This document shows, piece by piece, positions 50,921 to 60,821 of a stretch of DNA of 64,000 bases. This stretch comes from an uncultured Armatimonadetes bacterium. Lineage in GTDB: Bacteria; Armatimonadota; UBA5829; DTJY01. Below the pieces are notes generated by a model. The model had not been told where the DNA came from. It was given only the letters and a program-made list of their open reading frames with translations, and did not search any database. A program made the position numbers and the translations under genes. The stretch covers positions 2,944,001-3,008,000 of the forward strand of contig OY970325.1 of the NCBI GenBank assembly GCA_963717145.1, read 5' to 3'. Each line of letters opens with the position of its first letter. The stretch's first letter is position 1.

Positions 50921-52418
50921 GAAAGAGTTCACGATCGTTGATAGTGAAGTTTGTCAGGCTGGATCGGTCGCGGGTGTCTGAGGAACGCCCATGAGCATCC
51001 GCCGGCATGACTCCATCGCATCTTCACCACGCAAGTGCCAGGTCCCGAATAGACTCATCAGCGCCATGCGGGTCTCAGATCCCTTGGCCGACCGTGTGCC
51101 GCCGCTGATCTTGCGAGCCGTTACCGCAGGCCGGATCGCTCGCTCGGCCGCGTTGTTCTCGCTTGGTACTTCCGGACATTCTACGAAGACAAACAGCTCC
51201 GGCAGGAACCTCTCGATCCGCTGAGCCAGTATCCGCTGGGGAACATCCCGCTTCAGGTATGGCCTGGCGAGCCGATACAACTCTTCCTCGAATGCGATCC
51301 GCTGCTCGTGCCGAGCCTTCGACTCCTCGTTCGAATATCTCTTCGCGCGTCTGTAAACGGCCTTGACCTTGCCGACCCAGACTGCTACCCCTCTCTTGTC
51401 AGGGTTCGCCTCGACGAGCGTTCGCAAGTCCCGCAGGTAGTGCACCCAGCACCGCTGATGCCGCCCCAAGAGCACGTTGTAACCGCAGTAGAAGTCGCTT
51501 ACGACTACACCGCCGTAGTCCTCTCCCAGCACATCCTTTGCGACCTCTCCGCTCCGACTCTTGTCTCGGATGAAGTAGCGCACGCGTGGCGTCGAGAAGC
51601 TCCAGATGTATCCGTTCCTCCCGTCTTCCCGCCAGCCGGTCTCATCCGCGTTCACCGCAGGGCTTCCCCGCACCGCATGAAGAAGCTTCTCTACCTCCGA
51701 CTTCCCCATGGATGCTACCGTATGTAGTATCTTTGTGATCTCTCCGCGCCCGAGATGCAGACCGTAGAGTGATTCCAGAAGCTTCTGCACACGCTCGACC
51801 GGCATTCTACCGACCGTGTGGAGATAGCTCACCAGGCTCATCAGCCGGATGCCCACCCGGTGTGTCCCGACCACCTCTTCGGAGAGGTCGAGCTTCGGCA
51901 CGTGTATCTTGTGGCAGACTCCGCAGTACCGTCCGATCACCAGGTGCTCGATGATCCTGACCGGCATCACCGGTATCTCGATCACCTGCCGGCTGTGATG
52001 CATCGTGCCGCCGGAGAGCTTCCTGCCGCAGTCGGGACAGGTGTCGAGCGCGTGCTCCACGATCTCCGTGGGGGTCTCCCTCAAGCGGGCAAACGACTTC
52101 TGCCGCTTCTTGCGATCCTTCTTCTTGCGCTCGGGCCGGTTTGCCTTCACAAAGGCAGGTATCGTCCTGCCGCCGCCACCGAGCTTGGACCGGAGTTCTT
52201 CATTCTCCTTCTCAAGCGCTCGGACGCGTTCGGTCAGGGTGTCTACACCTTCACGCAACTCCAGGACGGCCTGATGCTGCTCTCGGATCGCCTGGTGCTG
52301 CTCCAAGACGATGCCGATCAGTTCTTCTCTTGATAGGTTGCCGAGATCGTTCACAACCTACCATTCGACAGCCGATCCTGGGTACTTCCTCAGATTATCA
52401 ATGATCGTGAACTCTTAC
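50921..52418 (-). mobile_element. IS66 family (single-ORF, ISBst12-like) element, copy 1
   Basis: Inverted ends GAAAGAGTTCACGATCGTTGATA / GTAAGAGTTCACGATCATTGATA; GTCAAGGA on both sides. Confidence 0.92.
50954..52354 (-). CDS. IS66 family transposase
   Basis: Coiled coil, CPDCG zinc finger, VNADETGW, VVSDFY, QRCWVH, ENNAAERAIRPAV. Confidence 0.95.
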   Translation of the reverse strand: MNDLGNLSREELIGIVLEQHQAIREQHQAVLELREGVDTLTERVRALEKENEELRSKLGGGGRTIPAFVKANRPERKKKDRKKRQKSFARLRETPTEIVEHALDTCPDCGRKLSGGTMHHSRQVIEIPVMPVRIIEHLVIGRYCGVCHKIHVPKLDLSEEVVGTHRVGIRLMSLVSYLHTVGRMPVERVQKLLESLYGLHLGRGEITKILHTVASMGKSEVEKLLHAVRGSPAVNADETGWREDGRNGYIWSFSTPRVRYFIRDKSRSGEVAKDVLGEDYGGVVVSDFYCGYNVLLGRHQRCWVHYLRDLRTLVEANPDKRGVAVWVGKVKAVYRRAKRYSNEESKARHEQRIAFEEELYRLARPYLKRDVPQRILAQRIERFLPELFVFVECPEVPSENNAAERAIRPAVTARKISGGTRSAKGSETRMALMSLFGTWHLRGEDAMESCRRMLMGVPQTPATDPA

Positions 52419-52426
52419 GTCAAGGA

Positions 52427-53927
52427 GAAAGAGTTCACGATCGTTGATAGTGAAGTTTGTCAGGCTGGATCGGTCGCGGGTGTCTGAGGAACGCCCATGA
52501 GCATCCGCCGGCATGACTCCATCGCATCTTCGCCGCGCAAGTGCCATGTCCCGAACAGACTCATGAGCGCCATTCGGGTCTCCGATCCTTTGGCCGAGCG
52601 TGTGCCGCCACTCACCTTCCGGGCCGTTACCGCAGGCCGGATCGCCCGCTCGGCGGCGTTGTTTTCAGACGGCACTTCTGGATGCTCCACAAAGACAAAC
52701 ATCTCCGGCAGGAACTTCTCGATCCGTTCAGCGAGTATTCGCTGGGGAACATCCCGCTTCAGATATGGCTTGGCGAGCCGATACAACTCTTCCTCGAATG
52801 CGATCCGCTGCTTCTGCCCGGCCTTCGAACCATCGCCCGAAAATGCCTTCGCGCGCCTGTAGATGGCCTTGACCTTGCCCACCCAGACTGCTACCCCTCT
52901 CTTGTCAGGGTTCGCCTCGACGAGCGTTCGCAAGTCCCGCAGGTAGTGCACCCAGCACCGCTGATGCCGCCCCAAGAGCACGTTGTAACCGCAGTAGAAG
53001 TCGCTTACGACTACACCGCCGTAGTCCTCTCCCAGCACATCCTTTGCGACCTCTCCGCTCCGACTCTTGTCTCGGATGAAGTAGCGCACGCGTGGCGTCG
53101 AGAAGCTCCAGATGTATCCGTTCCTCCCGTCTTCCCGCCAGACCGGTCTCATCCGCGTTCACCGCAGGGCTTCCCCGCACCGCATGAAGAAGCTTCTCTA
53201 CCTCCGACTTCCCCATGGATGCTACCGTATGTAGTATCTTTGTGATCTCTCCGCGCCCGAGATGCAGACCGTAGAGTGATTCCAGAAGCTTCTGCACACG
53301 CTCGACCGGCATTCTACCGACCGTGTGGAGATAGCTCACCAGGCTCATCAGCCGGATGCCCACCCGGTGCGTTCCGACTACCTCTCCAGAGAGATCGAGC
53401 TTCGGCATATGCCTCTTGTGGCAGACTCCGCAGTACCGTCCGATCACCCTGTGCTCGATGACCCTGACCGGTGCTATCGGTATCTCGATTACCTGCCGGC
53501 TGTGATGCACCGTGCCGCCGGAGAGCTTCCTGCCGCAGTCGGGACAGATGTCGAGCGCATGCTCCACGATCTCAGTCGGAGTCTCCCTCAGCCGCGCAAA
53601 CGACTTCTGTCGCTTCTTGCGGTCTTTCTTCTTGCGCTCGGGCCGGTTTGCCTTCACAAAGGCAGGAATCGTCCTGCCGCCGCCACCGAGCTTGGACCGG
53701 AGTTCCTCGTTCTCCTTCTCAAGCGCTCGGACGCGTTCGGTCAGGGTGTCCATCCCTTCACGCAACTCCAGGACGGCCTGATGCTGCTCTCGGATCGCCT
53801 GGTGCTGCTCCAAGACGATGCCGATCAGTTCTTCTCTTGATAGGTTGCCGAGATCGTTCACAACCTACCATTCGACAGCCGATCCTGGGGTACCTTCCTC
53901 AGATTATCAATGATCGTGAACTCTTAC
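52427..53927 (-). mobile_element. IS66 family element, copy 2 (tandem, non-identical)
   Basis: Same inverted ends; GTCAAGGA at 52419-52426 and 53928-53935. Confidence 0.92.
52460..53861 (-). pseudogene. IS66 transposase with a +1 frameshift near 53142
   Basis: gccagaccggtc versus gccagccggtc in copy 1 breaks ADETGW; may be a sequencing error. Confidence 0.75.
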
Positions 53928-54074
53928 GTCAAGGAGCAAGGGACATGGAAATTGTTGTATGCTACGGATGACACTTCACCGACGCGTCTAGTGAGTGGGT
54001 TCACACGTGACAGTAGAAGGACAACGCTCCGGATAGAGCCTTTGCTCCATCCCATCTTCTTCTTGACAGCCGGG

Positions 54075-55288
54075 CTATCCTCGACCGCGGGTGCGGTAGT
54101 ACTGCATGCCTTCGATGAGGGTGCGGAGGTTCTCCCAGGGGACTCCGGGGGCGATGGAGCTGGATGCGCCGAGGAATAGACCGGTCGGGGGCCCGCATTC
54201 GACGAGCCAGTCGAGTTCGCGCTTGACATCGGCGGGAGTGCCCATCGGAAGCGTGCGCGTGACCGATGAGCCGGCGATGATGATGAGGTTGCGGCCCTCG
54301 CGGTCCTTCATGCGGCAGATCCGCTCGTAGTCCATCCCGTCCTCGTACTGGAACCCCTGGAACCCGCTGAGCCCGACATCGAGCAGGCGGGGACCATCTG
54401 CATCAGGTTGCCGTCACAGTGCCAGATCAGGCGGACACCGGTCTTGAGGACGGGCGACAGGCAGCGGGCGAAGTGCGGGAACCAGATGCGATCGAGCGAA
54501 TCGATCCGGACGAGCGTGCCTCGGGAGTCCGCCATGTCGTGATCGAGGCGGTAGAGCGGCGGGAGGTCTCCCTCGACGAACGCGCGGGCGGCGGCCCGGT
54601 TGTTCTTGAGCGCGACATCGGCCTGGAGGGAGAAGTGCTTCTCCAGAACGTCGGGATAGAGGGCGTATGCGGAGAAGTAGTTCACATAGCCGTATGTCCC
54701 GTAGGCGAAACCGGGGAAGGCGATGAACCCGTATGGGCCCTTCAGGATCGATGGGCCGAACTTCTCCTGGATGGCGCGCTCGTTGGCGAGGATCTGCCCC
54801 ACCACAGCGTCCTCCTCCGGTTTCCCCGTAGTGGCCGTGCCTCCGTGCCGGCCATGCCATGTTGGAGGCCGGCACGGAGGCACGGCCACTACGGGTGGAT
54901 TGGAGTTGCCGGCGGCGGCACGGAGCTTCGGGAAGACGAACCGCTCCATGTGCTCGGCGACGGCTTCCGGCGAGTCGATGAGTATGTCGTCGAGGACGAG
55001 GGTCTCACCGCCGGTGGTCGCGCCGTGAGCCTTGCCCTGGAAGCCTTGATCGCCCATCGTGAGCGGGTTCTCCGGGATGTACTGATCGAGCAGGCACGTG
55101 CCGAGGGCGCGCTGCATCGCGAGGTAGACTTCCTCGGGGCGCTTGGCGTAATCGCCCGGAGCCGCGCCGGCGATGCGCTCGATGTGGGCGTGCTCCATCA
55201 CGTTGAGCAGCCACGAGGGGATGCCCTTCACGGGACGCTGGTGGATCGTGTCGAGCGCGAGTTGTGCGTTTTCGGTCATCTGGACCAT
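54075..55288 (-). CDS. UroD/MtaA-like family protein (frameshift near 54390)
   Basis: DHDMAD, IWFPHF, WHCDGNL; C-terminus GFQGFQYEDGMDY...TLPMGTPADV...FLGASSSIAPGVPWEN in a shifted frame. Confidence 0.75.
54825..54895. repeat. GTAG-type REP-like palindrome inside CDS
   Basis: cccgtagtggccgtgcctccgtgccggcc...ggccggcacggaggcacggccactacggg; encodes PVVAVPPCRPPTWHGRHGGTATTG. Confidence 0.9.
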
Positions 55289-55313
55289 TGCGGCCTCACT
55301 GAAGCGATTCCGT

Positions 55314-55431
55314 GCAGCCCGGAACTGACCCTCACCCCCGGCCCCTCTCCCTCAGAAGGGCGAGGGGGGTTGGCTCTCCCCTCGCCCTTCTGAGGGAGAG
55401 GGGCCGGGGGTGAGGGTCAGTTCCGGGCTGC
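55314..55431. repeat. long palindrome (CCCTCACCCCCGGCCCCTCTCCC family)
   Basis: Near-perfect arms of about 50 bp. Confidence 0.92.
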
Positions 55432-55441
55432 GACAGTCTAG

Positions 55442-57029
55442 CAGCCTGTCCATGAAATAACCTCTGGCGCAAGGTGCCAGGTATGTAGTAAAATACGGGT
55501 ATGAGCAAGCCATACCTTCCTTATCAACCTGACCAGATATTGCTGTTGCCGCCCTTGATGTCGGAGTGGCTGCCCGAGGGACATCTCGCATACTTTGTGA
55601 GCGATGTCGTAGACAGTCTCGACCTTTCCGCGATATACGCCTCATACGAGAAAGAGGCCCGAGGAGCGCCGCCGTTCCATCCGGCAATGCTTACAAAGAT
55701 CATATTCTACGGTTTGTGCCGGGGAGTGTATTCATCTCGAAAGCTCTCCCTGGCCACGTATGAAGATGTAGCCTTCCGGGTGCTTGCGGCAGGAAATCAT
55801 CCCGACTTCCGCACGATAAGCGAGTTCAGGAAGAGGCATCTCAAGTCCCTTGCGGACCTGTTTGTGCAAGTGCTCAGGCTATGCGCAAGCGCCGGGCTTG
55901 TGTCGATGAAACACATAGCCATAGACGGAACAAAGCTGCTTGCCAACGCAAGCAAGCACTCCGCCATGAGCTACTCTCGGATGGTCGAGAAAGAAAAAGA
56001 GCTTCAGGCTGAGATCGAGGCGCTCCTTGCGAAGGGTCTTTCTGTGGACGACCAGGAAGACGCGGAATATGGTCTTGACCGCCGAGGAGACGAACTCCCG
56101 GAGGAACTCGCAACCAGAGAGAAGCGGCTCGCCAAGATCAGGGAAGCAAAAGAAGCGCTGGAGCGCGAGGCCAAAGAGCGAGCATCAGCCGAAGAAGCGA
56201 TGCGAGCCCAAGAGAAGGCGGAGCAGGAAGCATCCGGGAAGAAGCCTCGCGGCAGAGAGCCGGGGCCCGTAAAGACAGAGCCGGAAGGGAAGGCACAGCG
56301 GAACTTCACAGACCCGGAAAGCCGGATAATGAAGGACGCAAAGAAAGCCTTCGTGCAGGCATACAACGGACAAGCTGCGGTAGACGCAGATCATCAGATT
56401 GTAGTGGCGTGTGATCTCACGAACCAGGCAGCGGACTCACCGCATCTTAGTGACATGATCGAGGCAATCAAGGAGAACACCGGAAAGAAACCGGAAGAAC
56501 TATCCGCCGATGCCGGATACTTCAGCAGCGACAACATAGAGATGGTCGAGCAGCAAGGGATCGACGCTTATATACCGCCTGACAGACAACGTCATGGCAA
56601 AGAGCCGACGGCGCCTTCCTGCCTTGATCCGGCAAAGCAATCCGCCGCAGATCGCCAGAGAGCAAAGCTCTTGACTCCTCTTGGCCGAAAGATCTACGGG
56701 AGGCGGAAGGAGACGGTAGAGCCGGTGTTCGGCCAGATCAAGAGCGCACGGAACTTCCGAGGCTTCCTACTCCGAGGCCTTGCGAAAGCGAAGTCGGAGT
56801 GGACGCTTGCGTGTCTTGGGCACAACATGCTGAAGCTATACCGATACGGCGACCGGAAATCGATCTTCGATACGTAGATATATGACCTGGATCAGGCTGA
56901 TTATCAAGGTACAAGGGGTCTTTACAGACCCTCGCCGGAAATCCGGCGAAAAACACTATCGAACAGCAGCCAGCGCGACCCCGCAGATGGGAAACTCACC
57001 CACATAGCGGGGAATTCTCAGACAGGCTG
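55442..57029 (+). mobile_element. IS1182 family element
   Basis: Inverted ends CAGCCTGTC / GACAGGCTG; CTAG duplication at 55438-55441 and 57030-57033. Confidence 0.88.
55501..56877 (+). CDS. IS1182 family transposase
   Basis: DQILLLPP...PEGHLA, GAPPFHP, SSRK, PDFRTI, IDGTK, TDPESRIM, AYNGQ, ADAGY, RKETVEPVFG. Confidence 0.95.
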   Translation: MSKPYLPYQPDQILLLPPLMSEWLPEGHLAYFVSDVVDSLDLSAIYASYEKEARGAPPFHPAMLTKIIFYGLCRGVYSSRKLSLATYEDVAFRVLAAGNHPDFRTISEFRKRHLKSLADLFVQVLRLCASAGLVSMKHIAIDGTKLLANASKHSAMSYSRMVEKEKELQAEIEALLAKGLSVDDQEDAEYGLDRRGDELPEELATREKRLAKIREAKEALEREAKERASAEEAMRAQEKAEQEASGKKPRGREPGPVKTEPEGKAQRNFTDPESRIMKDAKKAFVQAYNGQAAVDADHQIVVACDLTNQAADSPHLSDMIEAIKENTGKKPEELSADAGYFSSDNIEMVEQQGIDAYIPPDRQRHGKEPTAPSCLDPAKQSAADRQRAKLLTPLGRKIYGRRKETVEPVFGQIKSARNFRGFLLRGLAKAKSEWTLACLGHNMLKLYRYGDRKSIFDT

Positions 57030-58253
57030 CTAGGCTTTCGGATCGAACTGCGGGACTTTGAGCTGCTTGCCGCCTTCTAGCGCCGACTTGTGAGCGACGA
57101 TGCCCGGCACGGTCATCGCCAGCGCCGCGTAGATGTCGACAGCCGGCTTGCGGTCGTGCATCAATGCGTCGATGAACTCGTGGGTCAGGAAGGTATGCGA
57201 TCCGCCGTGTCCGCTCGGATGACGAAGCGGTTCGGGAAGCATGTCGGTCATCCAGTAATCGGGCTGAGCATAGGGTTCCAGCTTCGGTTCGCCGCGGGCG
57301 AATCCGGCATCGTCGGTCCCCATCTTATCCTGGAAGCTGACCGTCATGTGACCGAGGCCGTTCGGATTGGGATCGAAGAAGCTCATCTTCTCGCCGAACC
57401 ACTGGCCGCGTTCAGTCCCTCTGACCGGCGCGTTCCAGTATACGCCGACGCGGAAGCCGTGCCCCTTGTCAGTCGTGAAGAACCCGGTCTCGTTGCAGAA
57501 CGGGTTGTCATACTGATTATCTTTGTAGAACTGCGAGCCGTCGCTCCAGCCCGTGCAGGAAACCTTGGTGAGCCGCTCGCCGGTCACTCCGACGAGGTAG
57601 GCGGTGCAGTGGGTCGGATAGTTCATGGGCGCGAGGCCGTAGCGCCAGGTTCTCACTCCATCCTCGACGTAGAGCACCGCAAGCCCGGGATGATGGTACT
57701 CGGCCTCGGTGTAGAAGATCTCGCCGAACTTGCCTTCCTTGAACCACTGGCGGGCCGAGATCACCGAGCCGTGGTAATAGCTGGTTTCGCACATCATATA
57801 GGTGAGGCCCGTCTTCTTCACGGCGGCGAGCAGTTCCTCGGCCTCGTCGATCGTCATGCACGCGGGGACGGCGGAGATGACGTGCTTGCCGGCTTTGAGG
57901 CATGCAACCGCGTGCCGGACGTGATCGGGCGCGCCGGTGTAGACCCCGACCGCATCGACGTTCTTGTCCTTGATGAGTTCCTCGAGCGACGGGTATGTCT
58001 TATCGCAGCCGTAGGTCTTGACGAGGTTCGCCAAGCGCTCGGGCCTGAGATCGCTGACGGCCTCGACGATGCAGTCGGGATGCTCGTGCCAATGGAACGT
58101 CGCGCCGAATCGTCCGCCGACGATACCGATACGTATCTTCTTCACCGGTGTGCTCCTTTCCGACTGAGCGGCGACGATGCCGGGGGACAGCGCCATCCCG
58201 AGTATGGTCGCGCCTCCTGCCTGGAGGAATTGTCTCCTGGTGTAATCTGTCAC
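57030..58253 (-). CDS. Tat-exported Gfo/Idh/MocA family oxidoreductase
   Basis: TRRQFLQ twin-arginine signal; IRIGIVG, LKAGKHVISAVP, YPTH, GHGGSH. Confidence 0.88.
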   Translation of the reverse strand: MTDYTRRQFLQAGGATILGMALSPGIVAAQSERSTPVKKIRIGIVGGRFGATFHWHEHPDCIVEAVSDLRPERLANLVKTYGCDKTYPSLEELIKDKNVDAVGVYTGAPDHVRHAVACLKAGKHVISAVPACMTIDEAEELLAAVKKTGLTYMMCETSYYHGSVISARQWFKEGKFGEIFYTEAEYHHPGLAVLYVEDGVRTWRYGLAPMNYPTHCTAYLVGVTGERLTKVSCTGWSDGSQFYKDNQYDNPFCNETGFFTTDKGHGFRVGVYWNAPVRGTERGQWFGEKMSFFDPNPNGLGHMTVSFQDKMGTDDAGFARGEPKLEPYAQPDYWMTDMLPEPLRHPSGHGGSHTFLTHEFIDALMHDRKPAVDIYAALAMTVPGIVAHKSALEGGKQLKVPQFDPKA

Positions 58254-58265
58254 GTCTGCCTCCTA

Positions 58266-58346
58266 TGGAGTGCGGAAGCGGAGTCTGCGGAGCTTCCGCT
58301 TTCGGATACAAAGCGGAAGCTCCGCAGACTCCGCTTCCGCACTCCA
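58266..58346. repeat. TGGAGTGCGG...CCGCACTCCA REP-like palindrome
   Basis: Perfect arms of about 37 bp. Confidence 0.9.
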
Positions 58347-58351
58347 CAAAT

Positions 58352-58384
58352 AAAAAGGGCCTCGGACAGAAGCCCGAGGCCCTT
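58352..58384 (-). terminator. rho-independent terminator after gspD
   Basis: Minus strand AAGGGCCTCGG-loop-CCGAGGCCCTTTTT. Confidence 0.7.
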
Positions 58385-58396
58385 GATTACGCTGTA

Positions 58397-60793
58397 CTAC
58401 TTCGTCCCGGCAGTTTCCTGCACACCGGTATTGATGTCGCCGTCCTTCGGCTTGTTCGAGAGTTCGTTCTTCACTTGCTCAGTGACCTCTGAGACCGCAT
58501 CGTCGTCGATCAGAATGTGCGGCGTCAGGAAGACCATCAGCTCGCTCTTGGTGTTGTTCCACGAGCGCGACTTGAACAGCTCGCCGATCAACGGAATGCG
58601 CGATATGATCGGGACTGCACTCGTAACGCGCTCCTTGTTCTCTTTGATGATCCCGCCGATCACGATCGTCTGCCCGTCCTTGACTATGATAGAGGTCTCG
58701 GCGCGGCGGTTCGCGATGATCGGAGCGTTCAGCTCCGGCTCTCGGCCTATGATCTCGTTGATCGTCTGGAGCACGTCGAGGGAGATCGTTCGGCTCTCTC
58801 CATCTGTTGGGTTCGCTCCATTGACGTGCGGCGTCACCGTAAGCGCAACCGCGACGTTCTTGAAGTCGACCGTGCGGATGAAGTTGCCCGAGTTCGTCTG
58901 CTGCTCAGACGATATGAACGGCTGATCGCTGCCGATGCTGATCGTGGCTTCCACGTTGTCCGCCGTAGTTATCCTCGGGACGGAGTACACCTTGACATCC
59001 GACCGTGTCTCCAGGGCACGCAGCATGGCTTTGAGGTTGTCGCTGATGATGCTGTACTTCAGGCCCAGAGTCTGCTTGGCCAGATCGAAGTTCGTGCTCG
59101 CAGATTCCTTGGGAGTGCCGTCGGGATTCGTCTTGCCGCTCAACCAGCTCCACTCAACGCCGAACTTGGTATCGTCGTTGAGCGTTACATCGATGATGGC
59201 CACCTCGATGTAGATCTGAGGAGTGCGCTTGTCGAGCAACTCAATCATCTTCTCGATTGCCGTGAAGGACTGCGGTGGGCCGGTGATCAGGAGGCTGTTG
59301 GTCTTCTCCTCGGCGACGACGGTGATATTCCTGAGCTGAGAGAGCGGACTGCCCTCATCCTGGTTCCTGCTGCTCCCAGAGCCGAAGATCATGTCGAAGA
59401 AGCTTCCGGAACGCCGGGACTCCCCTCGGAACAGCCGGTTGAGAGAGTCGGCCAGTTCCACGGCCGTAGCATATTTGAGCTGGAAGATGCGCATGATCTC
59501 GCTCATGACCTTGGGAGCATCGAGTTCCTTGATCATGTCATCGAAGGCCCTCAGGTTCTGCTCGGTGGCCGTCACGATCACCGAGTTGGTGCGAATATCG
59601 GCGACGATAACATTGCGCTTGAGACCCGCGTACCCTGTGGACTGGCCCCGGTTACTGCCGCCGCCGTACCAGTAGTCCCAGGGATTCCGGCGGCTGCTGG
59701 AATCCACTCCGCCCTGAGGCTGCTCGAAGAGATTGTTGAGCTGCGTGGCCACCATGTTGGCATCGGCATAGGTCAGGGGATAGACCTTTGACTTGACCTC
59801 AGGTTCGGTATCGACATCGAGCTTCTTCAGAGTGTCCAGGACCAGCTTGATCTTCTCTTTCGACGCCGAGATGATCAGGCTGTTGGTGCGGGCATCCGGA
59901 GCAAGGCGTATCTCACCCTTGAGGCTCATGATGCCGTCGTCTGTCTTCACCTGCTGCGGCTGCCCCTCCTGTCGCTGCTGTGGTTGCTGTCCCGGCCCGC
60001 CGGCCGGTTTGAGCTGGTATATCTGCGTCAGCGTCTCAGCCAGGCTGTCGGCGCTGGAGAACTTGCACCGGTAGACCTCGACTTCGATGACATCCGACGT
60101 GTCTTTGTCGAGCGCCCTGATGACCTCGGCGACGCGCTTGACGTTCCCGGCATTGTCGGTGACGATCAAGGTGTTGGTCGTGGTGATGGCGACACAACTC
60201 GCCTGTGTCTCATCGATCAGAGACTTGAGGTCGTCCTTCAGCTTCAGGGCGCTGATGTACGAAAGGGGAATGACCTGCGTCACCATGTTGTCGCTTGGGA
60301 CCATCTGGTCCGGATCGCTGCCCGAAAGAACGGTCACATGGTCCGAGACCGCCTTCTTGAGGGACGTCACACGGATGACCTTGTCGGTGAGTGTTCCGAC
60401 CATCAGGAATCCGCGCACCCTCAGGGCGGCGTTGACGACCTCGTAGGCGTCGCACAGAAAGATCTCCTTCTGGCTGACGATGGTGACGTTGCCGGTCAGC
60501 GCCGGGTCACAGACGATCGGTACCCCGGCCGCCGTGCTGATGAACTTTACGACGCTGACGACATCCGCCTTGTCGAAGCTCATCGAGACCTTGGTTTCGG
60601 CGGGATCGGGCCGCTTGGTCGCTTCGGGAGACTTCTCCTTGGGCGCTTCGGCGGGCAGACCGGGCAGCGGCGTGACGCTGGCCGGTGCTACCTCCTTCTC
60701 CGCCGACGGAGGCGTCGCCGCGTTCTGCGCGAACCCCCCGACCGATAGGGCTGTTAAGAATATGATTGCGAGTACCCCTGATATAAAACGCAT
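58397..60793 (-). CDS. gspD: type II secretion system secretin
   Basis: Signal peptide, repeated N-domains (DARTNSLII...LD), QIYIEVAII, PRITTADN, VKDGQTIVIGG, VPIISRIPLIGELF, ELMVFLTPHI. Confidence 0.92.
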   Translation of the reverse strand: MRFISGVLAIIFLTALSVGGFAQNAATPPSAEKEVAPASVTPLPGLPAEAPKEKSPEATKRPDPAETKVSMSFDKADVVSVVKFISTAAGVPIVCDPALTGNVTIVSQKEIFLCDAYEVVNAALRVRGFLMVGTLTDKVIRVTSLKKAVSDHVTVLSGSDPDQMVPSDNMVTQVIPLSYISALKLKDDLKSLIDETQASCVAITTTNTLIVTDNAGNVKRVAEVIRALDKDTSDVIEVEVYRCKFSSADSLAETLTQIYQLKPAGGPGQQPQQRQEGQPQQVKTDDGIMSLKGEIRLAPDARTNSLIISASKEKIKLVLDTLKKLDVDTEPEVKSKVYPLTYADANMVATQLNNLFEQPQGGVDSSSRRNPWDYWYGGGSNRGQSTGYAGLKRNVIVADIRTNSVIVTATEQNLRAFDDMIKELDAPKVMSEIMRIFQLKYATAVELADSLNRLFRGESRRSGSFFDMIFGSGSSRNQDEGSPLSQLRNITVVAEEKTNSLLITGPPQSFTAIEKMIELLDKRTPQIYIEVAIIDVTLNDDTKFGVEWSWLSGKTNPDGTPKESASTNFDLAKQTLGLKYSIISDNLKAMLRALETRSDVKVYSVPRITTADNVEATISIGSDQPFISSEQQTNSGNFIRTVDFKNVAVALTVTPHVNGANPTDGESRTISLDVLQTINEIIGREPELNAPIIANRRAETSIIVKDGQTIVIGGIIKENKERVTSAVPIISRIPLIGELFKSRSWNNTKSELMVFLTPHILIDDDAVSEVTEQVKNELSNKPKDGDINTGVQETAGTK

Positions 60794-60821
60794 AGAGCTA
60801 TCCTTCCTCCAAAAACCTTCC

